A stretch of DNA of 64,000 nt. It comes from Obrimoposthia wandeli. Its lineage: Eukaryota. Positions 1 through 12,422 of the stretch are shown piece after piece; within the stretch, counting starts at the first letter, position 1; every line of letters starts with the position of its first letter. The position numbers and the translations under genes are program-made. The DNA lies in the NCBI GenBank assembly GCA_977020255.1, contig CDROCS010002708.1, positions 248,001-312,000 of the forward strand. The letters are read 5' to 3'. The notes beneath the pieces were generated by a model, which saw only the letters and a list, made by a program, of their open reading frames with translations, was not told the DNA's origin and did not search any database.

Positions 1-600
1 CTTTAGTGTATATTACTTTGCTATGTTTTTCACATTTGACATCAGGAAAACGCAAAACTCAAACGATCGAAAATCGCCGTACTGCTTTTCTCTGAAAATG
101 CTAATTACATGACTTAATTATAGGTATCATATTCAATTTATAACCTCTTCGTATTGCGTGTGAGGTTAGTCATTCTCTGACATATGAAATCGAATAACTG
201 TTAGACAATTTCGAGTAACGTTAATATGATGTATTTAACGTTTCGGCTAAATTTTAAAGGTTTTAGAGTGTATATTTTACTGCTTTGATTTATAAGTAAT
301 ATATTTATGATTAAATTACAAAATTAAGAAATATATTATAGAAAAAGTAAAATAAGATTATTTGAATAAATGCTTTTTTCTATAATGTTTTCTGCAAAGA
401 AACTTTAAAAAAATATTTATGAATAAATTAATAAACTTTAATTAACCTAATGTTAGACGTGAGATTTTATTGACAGTATCAAAGAAATTTTCATTACCAT
501 AAGGAAATGGAAATACATGTAACATTTCATAATTAACATCAGCATATAAAAATTTATAATTAAATATTTCATAATTAATAAATTTTCACTGATTGTCCAG

Positions 601-744
601 TCTGAATCGAGCTGCCCAACATGAGAATGAGCTCGACAGTCGCGACAAGTTCATTGGACAACAGATAGACGAAAATGCACATCAGATCAGAAATAGTTCC
701 GCCGGGATTAACTTTCACAATGGAGTGGAGACCATCGATAACTG
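601..744 (+). CDS. TEKT3: Tektin-3-like gene, internal exon (upstream exons lie outside the window)
   Basis: Acceptor ttgtccAG at 599-600, donor GTgagg at 745. Translates LNRAAQHENELDSRDKFIGQQIDENAHQIRNSSAGINFHNGVETIDN, matching tektin-3 (RAAQHELEKDLSDK...HHLRNTSDGVGYFRGVE). Phase-compatible with the next exon. Too short for the ORF track. Confidence 0.88.
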
Positions 745-1208
745 GTGAGGAAATTGAAAGATTCTTTCAATGAAATTTAATTATTTTTATAGTCAACTAG
801 CTTATTTAATTTATCAATATATCTTATTTTCAATTTCAAGTTTTTGATATCAGCTATTCGTCTTTTAGATCATTTTCATTTTACAGCAAATATATATGAA
901 TGATAACTTAATATATTTTTGTAAATATTGTATAACATTTTTTATTAAAAATAATCCGGATCCGGTTCTAGACAATTTAATGTCAGTGGAGACGGAACCA
1001 TATAAAAATCTCGGTTACAATGCTAGAAAGTAGACTGTAATTAACTGGTGATGACTGTAAATTAACTATCATTTTGCAAACATTGATTTACAGATTCTCT
1101 GAGACTGGAACTTGACTACAAAAAATGTATTGTAGTTTGAACTAGATGTTACAGAAACTCTTCATAATGCTTTTCTTGCAATATTTTATACATAAAGTCA
1201 ATTTGTTA

Positions 1209-1308
1209 TACAATTAAACCCCGATATAACGAAATTCATTAGACTGGACAAATCGTTGTAGCGGAGTTTAGTTATATTGAGGTTTATTTACAACAGGGTT
1301 TCACTGTA
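1209..1308. mobile_element. Possible short pogo/Tc1-type MITE remnant
   Basis: TAcaattaaaccccgatataac at the left and gggtttcactgTA at the right resemble degenerate TACAGT(G/A)AAACC terminal repeats. Confidence 0.3.
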
Positions 1309-2316
1309 TACATTTTCTTTGTAAACTTCAAATATTCTCTTATTCTTCTTTTTAGTCTTCCTGTTTTGGTTAAAGCTTTTAATGATAGTTAATGTGAGTT
1401 TTAGTTTTTTGGTCACTTAAGATGACTTTTTCTTCAATATTACTATATCCTTCAAATAACTTGCTTTATTTCTTTGATTATACATTTTAATTCAATTCAA
1501 AATATATTTAAAGTATTTTATAAAAACAGTTGCGGCAATTTTTTGAAAATGTTGTATTAAAATTATAACAATGTTATTTTTACTATAGTCAAAATTCATA
1601 AAACAATTTTATTAATTTGTCAGTAATATATTGATTAGAATAATTTTTTTTACCAGCATTTTTTATAAAAAGTATTGTTTAACAAACCTATGGAGCAGAT
1701 ATAAAATTCGAATAAATAAAGCAATAAATTTTATTATTTTCCTAAAAAAGGTAACTTTTTCCCTCTTCATTAAAAAATATGAAGCCAAAAACATTACTCG
1801 ACTTAAAATTATGGATCTTCTCGAAAAGATGGATCATTTGCATACTTTGAACTGCCACCTCTAGTTTCGCCTTTGACTGTCAACTAAAGGTTTTTTTTTA
1901 ATTTTCAATTTGCTATGCAACTTACAATTTAAAAATTAATAAATAAAATTTACCACAAGAAAAATATCTCGCAGCTGTAGGTGATTTAAATATGCAGATG
2001 TTAGTTAATGATCCAAAGAGTCGGTAGAAGGCACTTTTCAAAATAGTATTAATAATTTTGAAATTTTTCTTTCTATATCACTTGTCATTATTTTAGAATG
2101 ATATCATCAAACCATTAACATGTACGATGTTAATTTTTATACCACCTTAAAGCTATGGAGTATATATTTTTGAAATATTAATTTTGAATTTCAATATCAG
2201 TAATTGAATAAAGAATATAATATTTTATAATTTATGATAACAGTAACTGAATACAATTTGTAAAACCTACATGAAAATTGCAATCATAATCATTAAGACT
2301 GCGTTCTTTTCTACAG

Positions 2317-2539
2317 TATATCTACCCCAGAGACGTGGGCGAAGCACTCAGATGACAACGTGAAGCGGTCGCAGGCTGAACGTGAAAACAGTACAAAGGT
2401 CCGCGAAGAACTCGAGGCCACAATGGACCGCTGTGCTAACGACATGTGGAAGAAATGGAATCGCGTCAACACAGCCCTCACTGAACGCATTCAAGAGACC
2501 ATCGATGCCCGCAACAAGATCCAGGCTCATCTTGCCAAG
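2317..2539 (+). CDS. TEKT3: Tektin-3-like exon ending at a non-canonical GC donor
   Basis: Acceptor ttttctacAG at 2316. Translates (C)ISTPETWAKHSDDNVKRSQAERENSTKVREELEATMDRCANDMWKKWNRVNTALTERIQETIDARNKIQAHLAK, then AAG|GCAAGC at 2540. Confidence 0.9.
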
Positions 2540-3030
2540 GCAAGCTTTATGATTAGCGACTATATGTTGTATATTATGGCTTCCAACATATGTATTACCG
2601 AATCGCGAAAGTCAGCATTGCTGTAGAATATCCAATAGTGAAATATCTATTCCCTTTTTAAAAAAATAAGAGAACGATATTTCGGTTCTAAATTATATTG
2701 TTTTTTTCTTTAAAATTGCGACACCATTTTCGAATGAGATGGTACTTTTTAAAAGTATGAAAATAAAATTATACATTCAATTTTAAAACTATTTAGTTAC
2801 TTTTTATAAAACCCTATCCCGACAAGTGACGTGGCTTAATGTTGAAAATCGTTGGCAGTGGTATTAAATAATAATTATAAAAAGTTTTAAAATATAGTTT
2901 TATACCGTTTAAAAGATTTTTTAACAAATTCAGACAACATCACCAATGCTGCTTTCCAAAGATGACCCAGTAGACATTTATATAAAAATCGTATTAAATT
3001 TGTTTGAAGAAGATAATATGAGATTTTTCA

Positions 3031-3107
3031 AAAATCGCTTTAAGTTGTAATAATGCAAGTGGTTGTGGGTAGAAAAGAACTCTAGCCTGGCTTATGGACA
3101 CTTCTGA
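3031..3107 (+). pseudogene. Isolated C-terminal tail of a protein-primed DNA polymerase B (Polinton type)
   Basis: KIALSCNN / RKWLWVEKNSSLAYGHF-stop with a frameshift. Matches the KxALSxxDDKR...LAYGH pPolB end and the fragment at 62053-62133. Confidence 0.65.
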
Positions 3108-3370
3108 ATTTAAACGGTTTTCTTAATTTGATTTATATTGTTTAGTTTAATCAAAGTTTTAGATATATCTTACTCTAACTTTTTCTTATTTCGATTCTTT
3201 TTTAAGTTCAGCCTTATTTCTTATCATTGCTGACAGATCTCCTTATTTGTGATATTTTGGTGAATAAATGTATATTAAAAAAAGTATTTTATTATTATTC
3301 ATATTTGAGGGTTTTAAAAATAATTCAAAATAAAACATGTTATTTTTTAAAATATTTATTATAATACACA

Positions 3371-3580
3371 TTAACCGTTTGACAACAGTAACCATAAAAT
3401 ACATAAATGTCCACGGTTTCTCGTTGCTGAATCCTGGTATTGTATCTTGTTGAAAAATAATCTTCGTCCTTTTTGAACAGTCGAAACAAGCTTATGTGAA
3501 TAATACGTAGCAAGTGGTTCGAATACATGTATTATCCACTTTTTAACATAAATAGCTATCCAATGTTCTCATGGTAAATT
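3371..3580 (-). pseudogene. Adenain-like (C5) cysteine protease remnant, C-terminal half
   Basis: NLP*EHWIAIYV (catalytic His motif) and QYQDSATRNRGHLCILWLL (Q...CG motif, Cys changed to Arg). Parallels 61300-61628. Confidence 0.7.
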
Positions 3581-3589
3581 CAAATTAGA

Positions 3590-4310
3590 AATATTAATAA
3601 TGTAATCTCCACGTTGAAAAAATGGAATCATATCAATAGGATTTATAGGTTTCGCAATAATAGCTATTTCTTGAAAGTGTCACTGAACGCACATTTAAAT
3701 TATCAAATTGTGTTACATCTGTCGTTTAATTTCTTAGGAACTTTGTAGTTTTTTTAAATGAAGTTAAAACGAATTTGGATAATCTTACATCACGAAGTAT
3801 TTGATCCTTATTAAAAACTTGTGTACCCATACCCAAAGAGTATGTTATAAGTTTAGTTTCTCTAATAGGATAACAAGCATTGTTTATTTCTATTCCTATA
3901 CTATGTTCGATTAAAACAAATTGCTCAGTTTTAACTCTTTGGACATACAGTTTTGCATCGAAAATATCAAGAATAGGCTTTAGAACGTCTGCTTATCAAA
4001 GAAAATTTATATTTATTGTGTTTTAAACGAAGATGTACATTCCCACCGGGAATTTAATATTTATATTGTTTAAAGAAATTTAGTCTCATCGATCCACGCA
4101 TTTTGTGCGCTTTAGACTCTGCAATCTATTCATTGCGAGTTGCAACCGTTTAATCAAAACTAATTGTTGTCAAAATAGTATTTTAAGTATTAGTACTATA
4201 ATTCAATTTACTTTCAATCAAAGCTTCATGGGTATAGGAAGAATTCCCAACTTCAATTTTAATATTATTAAGAGTAACAATGGTATCATTAAATAAAGAA
4301 TTAAATAAGT
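3590..4310 (-). pseudogene. Polinton major capsid protein (hexon-like) remnant
   Basis: SLFNDTIVTLNNIKIEVGNSSYTHEALIESKLNYS...IPGGNVHLRLKHN...DIFDAKLYVQRVK...NACYPIRETKLITYSL, with stops and frameshifts. Matches Maverick MCP motifs (SLFSQIDVxLN...YxxxAYIETLLNY; AxYPIxR). Confidence 0.8.
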
Positions 4311-5389
4311 AATTTTAGATCCCCACATATCCTATATATGTTTTAACTATTTATTTTCTTTTTTTACATGTTTCTTTCATTTGCATATTTTTGTATGTAA
4401 TGAATTATAATCAGTTTTATTTTTTTAATTTCATAATTTTTTGTATTTTATTTTAATATATATATATATTTATAAACATTGTTTTTTAATCAGTGTCTTT
4501 ATTTTAGAATGGATCCTCTTATGTACAAACATGTTATTATCCGGAAAGTATTTCAAAAGGAAAACCACATAATATATTAAATGGGCTCAAAGTTTACGAG
4601 TATGAATATTGTGAAAATTTCCAAAGTCGAAAATAAATATTTTATTGAAATTTTAACAACATGTTGATCAATTACAAAATATTTGGGAATTTTACATATC
4701 TTATTATGTAAATAAAGTTAATTCTTTTGAAAGTGATCCTTGTTTGGCTTTTAGAGATGACCTTGATTTTTTAATTGCTCCACTTTTAGATGAGGAAATA
4801 TGGAATATTTCTCTACCGCTTAAGGGATATTATGCTGATGCCAATAAAAAATTAAACCTCTTTGGACTTTGAAGAAAACTAATATGGTGTTTTATATTTG
4901 ATATATTTTAATAAATGCATTGAAATTTATTTTGTGTATTATTTTATTTTCATAAATATATGTATACTTTCAGTGAAGCTAATATGATGTTTCATATTTT
5001 TAATAATATTAATGAAATTAAATTTTATTTCGTTTTTTTTTTCTCATAAAAAATATATAACTCTGACCTACTTATTTTGGTGTCATTATAACAGGTATTA
5101 AAATCTAGTCAATTTTTCATACAAAATTATTATCTAAAATAATCTACGTTAATTTGATGGGGTCAATATGAATTCCTGTGGTCTTTAATCACTTTTAAGC
5201 AGGAGGTCGGATGTGAAATTCAAACACACATGCATGAAATTTTTCTCCACACACCTGTACGATTTTAAAGGATAGTGGTATCCCTCCGGGAATGGGGATG
5301 GATTAGACCAGATACACATGTACGAAATTTCACTCCACATACATGCACGATTTTAAAGGACAGGGGTAAATGAAATTTTTTTTTACTGA

Positions 5390-5526
5390 TAGTTTTCTGT
5401 TAAAGCAACTTTATATTCTTGTATTTTTATAGAATTTTCCCAATCGATAATTAAGCTACTGGTCTCATTATCCGGCTGAGTCTTTGGACATCCGTTACTT
5501 GGTAAAACCATATGCAAAGATTTCAT
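5390..5526 (-). pseudogene. Penton (minor capsid protein) N-terminus
   Basis: MKSLHMVLPSNGCPKTQPDNETSSLIIDWENSIKIQEYKVALTE resembles the LPSN...PDNxxxxF...YEVAL penton start. Its ATG (5526-5524) overlaps the integrase stop (ATGA). Confidence 0.75.
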
Positions 5527-5879
5527 ATTAAATTAGATGCTGATATCCAAGTTGGATCTGAATAACCATGCCATTTAATAAAGTATTGTTTATGTTCACC
5601 AGTACCTTAGATCTAAATATTTTTTTAAATACGGAAAACGTTAGGTTTATTTGATATTACTTGTAGTTCATGCTCGTAAAATTTACCCTGAATGATATTA
5701 TTGTCAGCATCTTTAATAGTATACATTATTGGTTTACTCTTTTGATCAATTTTACTTATACAAAATATTTCATCGCTTCCATTCCAATTAAAATTATTAA
5801 TAAATGTAGTAGAGATAATTTTAAAAATTCGAAGATATTCGCCTATCTTATATTTTTTTGTGTATTCCTGCTTATTCAA
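5523..5879 (-). pseudogene. Polinton retroviral-like integrase, C-terminal region with chromodomain
   Basis: YKIGEYLRIFK...NWSDEIFCISKIDQKSKPIMYTIKDADNNIIQGKFYEHELQ, then after a frameshift TGEHKQYFIKWHGYSDPTWISASNL-stop (chromodomain). Confidence 0.85.
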
Positions 5880-6281
5880 ATTTCCTTAGAATTTAATCAA
5901 TTCAGAAACATTTTGGAATTTTATATACTTACATATGTTTATGAGGGACATTCTTTTAATTCTGAAATTCTGAAGCTGATCTTAGTCTTGTTTTAGACAT
6001 TAAATATTTCAAACAGTTTAATGTATACTATGTTTATGGCGATGAAAAATTTGGACTTTAAATAAAGATTTTATGTTGTTTTAATTAAAATTTTGATTTA
6101 ATAAATGTATTACAATTAAATTTTGTCTTGTGTTTTGTTATTTCTCTTTAAAAACATATATTAGTTGGACCTACATTGTTTTGTCATAAAAACGTTGGAA
6201 TTAAATTTTAGATTTTACATGTTCAAAAAATAGGCAAAAATTATTTTTATATCATACACGCAAATACACACTTCACTCCTG

Positions 6282-6305
6282 ACACACACACACACACACA
6301 CACAC
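6282..6305. repeat. (AC)n microsatellite, about 12 units
   Basis: Directly visible. Confidence 0.95.
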
Positions 6306-6949
6306 GAGGATAGAGGGGATGTGGATGGATCATACTAAACAGATCATACCACTCCCGTGAGATGACCTTGGTCAGGATAAATCTATATGTAATGTCCCTG
6401 TTTTTGGTATAAGTATTCTAAAAAAAACAAACATCACAATTTATTGAATGCAACGACTTCCAAAAAAGATTTAAAATATTGTTTTCCGAGAACCAGTTTC
6501 AGTGAAACAGTTTATTGATTTCGAAATGCAGTGGCATTAATCGCAGCTAACATACATAGTTTATGATTTTGTCTTGATTTTATGATTATGATTAAGTGAC
6601 GAAGGAGAAGCAAAAATTTAACCGGAACCCATCGAAAAACCTTCAGAAACTAGGAAATCTTTTGTTTAATTAAATCTCAACACAACACTAGACTAAAATA
6701 AATTCAAGCATTGACAGCATTTTTCTAATATTTTTCTCACGGTTCTGAATCTAAAGTGAAACATAAATAAAATTGATAACTCTTTCAAAAATTGAAACAT
6801 GCTAAGAATTGTATGTCAATATATGTGGGATGTAAAATATTATTTTGCTACCGGTTTTGATCAATAATAATATAAGTAGATTGTTGCTTTTTAATCTAAA
6901 TTGGACATATTACTCAATTCATTATGCGTCCATAAAAAGACTTTTTCTA

Positions 6950-7440
6950 TGACAAAAGATTTTTCCCTAATCCAAATTTCCATGACGAAAAGCCAAATGT
7001 AAACACGTGCGACCACTGCAAATACGAAACCTTCTGTATTTTGTAACAATACGTACCTCTCCAGTTGGAATATTTCAGCTCCGTTGTCAATGAGAAAATT
7101 AATAATTGATAAATGACCTTTAAATACAGCAAAATTAGAGATTTAGTATATTTGACTTGATTTATCGGGGATGTCATATACATGGGTTATCATTGATTTT
7201 ATAAGTATTTTCATTGATTTTACTGAATTTTCATTTAATTTCATAAGTGTTTTAAATTAGCTATGTATTGAGATATGAGATTATATAACCAGTTATGTAA
7301 TTATATATATGTATATATACTGATAGAAGTATATAGTATCATTCCTGCCTCAACAACACAACTTCTGGGGTACCTTGAGCTCATTGTGATATTGGGGTAT
7401 GAACAATATTATATGCATTATTCATGTCTATATTTGGTCA
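6950..7440 (-). pseudogene. Ankyrin-repeat-like gene remnant within the Maverick relic
   Basis: Minus-strand AVFKGHLSIINFLIDNGAEI (about 7070-7130) and NNAYNIVHTPISQ*AQGTPEVVLL (about 7345-7425) resemble ankyrin consensus. Confidence 0.5.
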
Positions 7441-7699
7441 AAAACACACAAATATCACTCAAAATGATTAAAAATCATCGTCTTAAAATCGTGGATCCTG
7501 CCCCAGTTGGACCCTCCCTCCCCGTGGAGAGGAGGGTGCGTTTTACTGCAAAACATCATTGGGACAGTATGCACAATTTCAAGACTTGTGAAATGACGCA
7601 TACTGCCCCAACTGGACCACCATGGAATACCTTTTACTGCAAAGCATCAAAGCATCAAGACGCTAATGGTTACCGATGCAATACGTGACTGGTTAACAC

Positions 7700-10010
7700 G
7701 GATAATTTCTTCATTTTCATAACAATTGAGGTAGTCTTGATGTCTTAAATTAGTTTGTTTTAAAGAAATACCCTTAACTTTTAGTTTATATTGAAGTGAG
7801 TAACATTTTGGTTTTAAGAAAACCCATTCAATATAATCAGTACCCTCACTTTCATCTTTAAATCTTTCAAGTACAGCTTAAAGATTTTCTGAATACAAAG
7901 GATCTGTTTTAGGATAATTACCCGAAACTAAATAATCATCCTTTATCATTTCTTTTAGTAATTTATCTTTAGTAATATTTACAAATTCAGGGTTAAAAGA
8001 ATCTGTATCCACATCTACAATTCGAATACTACAATTAATCGTTTGCCTAAATCGTTCAAGCTCAACATATTGTAATTGATACATTCGTAATTTAAATAGA
8101 TCACGTACAGCTTGACTGATATTGGAAAGCCATTCAAAACATATTTCATGTTTCTGCATGAAACTAAATTTAATTCATAATTTATTTAAGTATGACGATT
8201 AACCCAGGGACTCTATACTAATTTTACAAACCGTTTGTCGTTATTACATAATCTAATATCAAGCTGCCTCTTAAAATTCTCAACCGTTTTACCGTAGAAG
8301 GAATTATTTTTTAGCTTATAAAATTCATATTCAAATTAAGTATATATCATTAAGCATACCTTCCATCATATAGTCTTTAGTATTAGTGCAATATAGTTTT
8401 GTCTACATTGTGATACCTAAATAATATTTTTCATCTGTAAGACTATCTGGAAATTCACATTTTGGAGGAAATCTATCTTTATTCAGCTTAGATTCACAAG
8501 AAAAATATTCATAGGAAAAAACACCTTTACTAAATATTAAATCAGTACTAAAATATCTTAATGTATATGATGAACTTGAGAGATAACTACCCAATATTTC
8601 AAGACTAGTTGTAAAAAGATACGAATCTAAGAAATTTTATGAGCCAGATGATGATTCTATTTTGAGAGCCATGAATTTTTCACTAGATTTGAGTACGATT
8701 GAATAACTTTTATCTTTTAATTGTGCAAATTTTTAAACATAATGAATATCATATCCCATTAAGTTGCGAAAACGTTTTGGTAATATAGGTATCTTACCGA
8801 ATCTACGACATAAATTAAATTTAATACATGCTGCGCCCAAGAATGCACTTGAAATTATAACAAAGGTAACATATACGACTATCTCGAATAGCTAACCGAT
8901 TTTAATTTGTCATTATTAGTAGTGCTTTCAAATTATTTCTCCAAAACGTGGAATAATATTATTAAGAATTTCCGTTAATTTATCAATAAAGTCAGCAGCA
9001 CAATCTAAACCAAAATATGAAAAGTATTCTATTGTATCTGTAACATTATTTTTCAACAACATTCTAACAGCAATGTGAGTATGTATATGTTTAAATGTCA
9101 CATAAGTTTCTAACACTCAAAATCAGCTCAAACAACAAAGGAAGGTTGAACTGACTTTGACCAAACTGTGAATTTACAATATTTATAATCTGGCATAGTG
9201 AATAATGTTGTAGTGTCAGTATTAAAATTACGATATGTTCTATGTTTATAATAAGTAACTCCAGTTCAAAAACCAAAAATACATTTAGGACACCAATGAA
9301 GTCGCAAACCATAGCTATGACAATTAAATAATATATTTAAATTAAAAACACCTCAAAAATGATAAGTGCCACCATCTTCAATCAAAAGTAAATTAACAAT
9401 TTTGTTACATTCCCTTAATTTTGTTCGATAAATTATACTAACATCAAAAATTTTCACATATTTATTTTTAATTTAGGAATACTTAAAAACTGTAATTGCT
9501 ATTTGGTTATCACGTTCAAAATAAGGTATTGAGGCTAAGGGCATAGTACCTGGCTGACATTTTAACTCATTTAAATATTGATCGTAAGAAGTTAGTCGAT
9601 CTCTATTTCGAACTTCATTATACTTTAAAACACTAATGATAGCATAGAGAAAACACTTGTTATCACTGTTTTTCACATTGATTACTGGCTTTTTATTTTT
9701 TAATTTCAGGGGTTTTGGTATATATGAAGAACATTGGATAATTTAGTTAATTTAAAGGAAATTTGTAAGATTTTATGGATTGATCAACCACTTCTCAATT
9801 CCGAGTACTTTTCAATACAATCATTTAAATTTATGTTCTAATAACAGTAAAATCATCATCGAAAACAGCAACCTTGCAACTAATATGCCATCTTTTAAAT
9901 GGGTTTTCTATATTTACAAATTTAGCTTGAACACCAAATTGTGTTAAAAAAATTATTTTCAAACCTAAATTTCTTGAGTAAAGATTGTAATATTAGCCAT
10001 TTATTTAATT
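7700..10010 (-). pseudogene. Protein-primed DNA polymerase B (pPolB) remnant
   Basis: Ordered motifs: INVKNSDNKCFLYAI; FxxLMGYDIHY and FLDSYLF (exonuclease); KGVFSYEY; YKLKNNSFYGKTVEN (motif B); VDTDS (motif C); ERFKDE...LKPKCYS...KVKGI. Many stops and frameshifts. Confidence 0.92.
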
Positions 10011-10366
10011 TTTTAATTATTTATTTGTACATTTCTGAACCTTAACAAACAAAATAAAGAAAGAAATCCAGCTTGTCAGCTTCTTTGATATGGTGCAATT
10101 TGAAATTTGAGTTCTAAAGATTGAGATCCTTGTCAGTAGAGGAAAATATGTTAACTTTTATTTATGTTCGGTAATTTTTTGAAAATAAAAGTTTACTATG
10201 AATTTGGAATTTATATATTTAGGAAGTCAACAACCGTAAATTTAGTTCACATTAAGCTCTTTTCACCCCCGGCCATATATTAAGTTTTTAAGATTTGTTC
10301 ATGTCACATAAATTGTATTAAATGTTGAATTTATTTGCCACATTTGACGTTTATCTTGAAAAACAG

Positions 10367-10521
10367 GTTATACAAGAAATTTTTGACATGGAAAAGAACA
10401 TCGAGTACCTGAAGAAGTGCATCAAAGACAAAGAGGATTATATGAAGGTAGCACAGACGAGATTACATTTCCGTCTGCGACGTCCGGGTATGGAGCTGTG
10501 TCGAGATCAACCTCATCACAG
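10367..10521 (+). CDS. TEKT3: Tektin-3-like exon containing the tektin signature RPGMELCRD
   Basis: aaacAG acceptor at 10366, GTtagc donor at 10522. VIQEIFDMEKNIEYLKKCIKDKEDYMKVAQTRLHFRLRRPGMELCRDQPHHR matches the RPNxELCRD nonapeptide. Confidence 0.93.
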
Positions 10522-12422
10522 GTTAGCATATATCGCCCTAAGGTTATTCATCATGTCTGAAGCTTCAAATTTGAACAAACAATTATTAATTATACAAAAT
10601 TATGTTCTCCTTTGAAATTATATTAGTGGTAAATTGGAAATTGTACTTTCATTGCTAAACTTCTTTTTTTTCATAATTAGTTATTTTAGTTAAAATTTGA
10701 AAATTAACTAATCAAGAAGTGTTTTATGTAGAGATATGCAGAATAATGTTCTGGTAGAATATTACGAACTTCTAAATAGCTTAGAATCTGATTAGCAACA
10801 TGTCTAAATAACTGTTAAAGGAAAGTTACATTTACATATTCACTAGACAGTTTTTCTTCAATTAAAATTTAAACAATAGAAATTTATAGTATATAACTAT
10901 TAAATTTTGTGTTAATAATGCATACCATAAGTTGTAAAAATATGAACATGTTGCTTTATTGCAAAAAACAATTATGGCTAAATATCAACTCACAGTATTT
11001 ATAGGTATGTCATGTCTTTAAAAACACAGCAATAAAAAACGTTTTTCTAAGATACATACTTTTGTTATGTATTTGATTATGACGCAACAACAATTCCAGT
11101 GTAAATAATACTGCATTCGGTGAAACTGAATTCCATAACATATAATTAAATTAACGTTAAAGACATACTAACAAAACTTTCCATTCAACATAAATGAATT
11201 CTAAAAATAAAAATGAATTCATAAATATTTGGATGCATACATACACTAATTTCCATGGTTAGAAATTTTTTAATGTGTGTTTTTAATTTATTGGACAGAA
11301 AAACAAAATGAAGACCATAATGAAAAATGAATTTTAACATAGAAAATTATGAAACGTAATTATTTAGGTGATATTTGACGTTTCAGACAAATCTTTGGGT
11401 ATGGAAAGGTAATATATTTCCAAATTTGTATGCATAAATACAGCAAAAAAGTAAATCAGCAGGTAAGCTAGAAACTAAAAAACGTGAAAAAAGTGGAAAG
11501 TGATCTTGGTCGACAACTTTAATAGAAATGTACCAGTATATATACACGAAACCATCTACTGTACTAGAATACAACAAAACAAAATCATGAGTATATGTTG
11601 CTGGTAAGTGTCTTAGAGGTTAGAGAAGGTTTTGTCGATTGTATTTTTCTATTGTCTCAATTGGGTGACATTGCTTGAAATAAGGGATTTTCACAAAAGA
11701 AACCCAGAAATATGTCCCAGAAAAAAATAAAGATAAACGCTATACTAGTTTCGTAAATTATGGTAATCATATGATTGATTCTCTAGTACGCTGTCGAATT
11801 GTAAAGCCAGCACAACTTAGAGAAACTACAAAAAATGCAATTATTAACCTAGGATACGTGTTTTCAGTAGTTAACCATGAAGCTGCTACAGAGCAACAAA
11901 GGAAAAACAATAGATATTCATTGTGTTCCATGGAAAATACAGTTTTTTTGTGTCCAAATTGTAAATTTGAAATTATCACAGTTCCTTTTTATGTCGTGAG
12001 TGTAGCATATGATTATTGTAAAATATATTATTTTATGTTGAAGTTTATTAAATGGTAAACAAAATATGATTCTATATTAGCTGAATCGTAACATTTGGCA
12101 GTAAGTATATTATACCCATAACTTCTTCGAATTAATATTAAAAACGCGTATAATAACTGTAAGTAGTTTGTCAGATTTTCTACCAAATGTTTTTCAAAAC
12201 TACAGTTTCCTTTAGGAATGACGAAACTTTATAGCTGTGATACAGCTCACTAAACATGTAACAATGGAATTTGACAACAAGCAATAATATTTACGAAATA
12301 AAATGAGTAGAAAAAATGCACTCATTATCCTTGACTTCGACAGTACATGCATATTTATACATAACTTAAGCATATGTTTTGTTGTAATTTGTGTCGATGA
12401 AATTTTGCGTTTGCATACATAG

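Larger units (their letters stand above)
3371..10010 (-). mobile_element. Decayed Polinton/Maverick (adintovirus-like) element inside tektin intron 2540-10366
   Basis: Co-oriented remnants of pPolB, integrase-chromodomain, penton, major capsid protein and adenain, listed separately. No TIRs recognised. Confidence 0.88.

Noticed and set aside
1852-1866. CTCF-like site (CTGCCACCTCTAGTT) next to an ATTTGCAT octamer in a tektin intron
   Set aside because: A single partial motif match is not enough without ChIP or conservation data.
3371-10010. In-frame TAA/TGA codons in viral genes as evidence of an alternative genetic code or readthrough
   Set aside because: Stops co-occur with many frameshifts and deletions, and host genes terminate normally at TAA and TAG. 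This is ordinary decay.
11590-11990. Cys-containing fragments resembling a piggyBac C-terminal domain
   Set aside because: Cys spacing is incomplete and no DDD-domain motifs are nearby.
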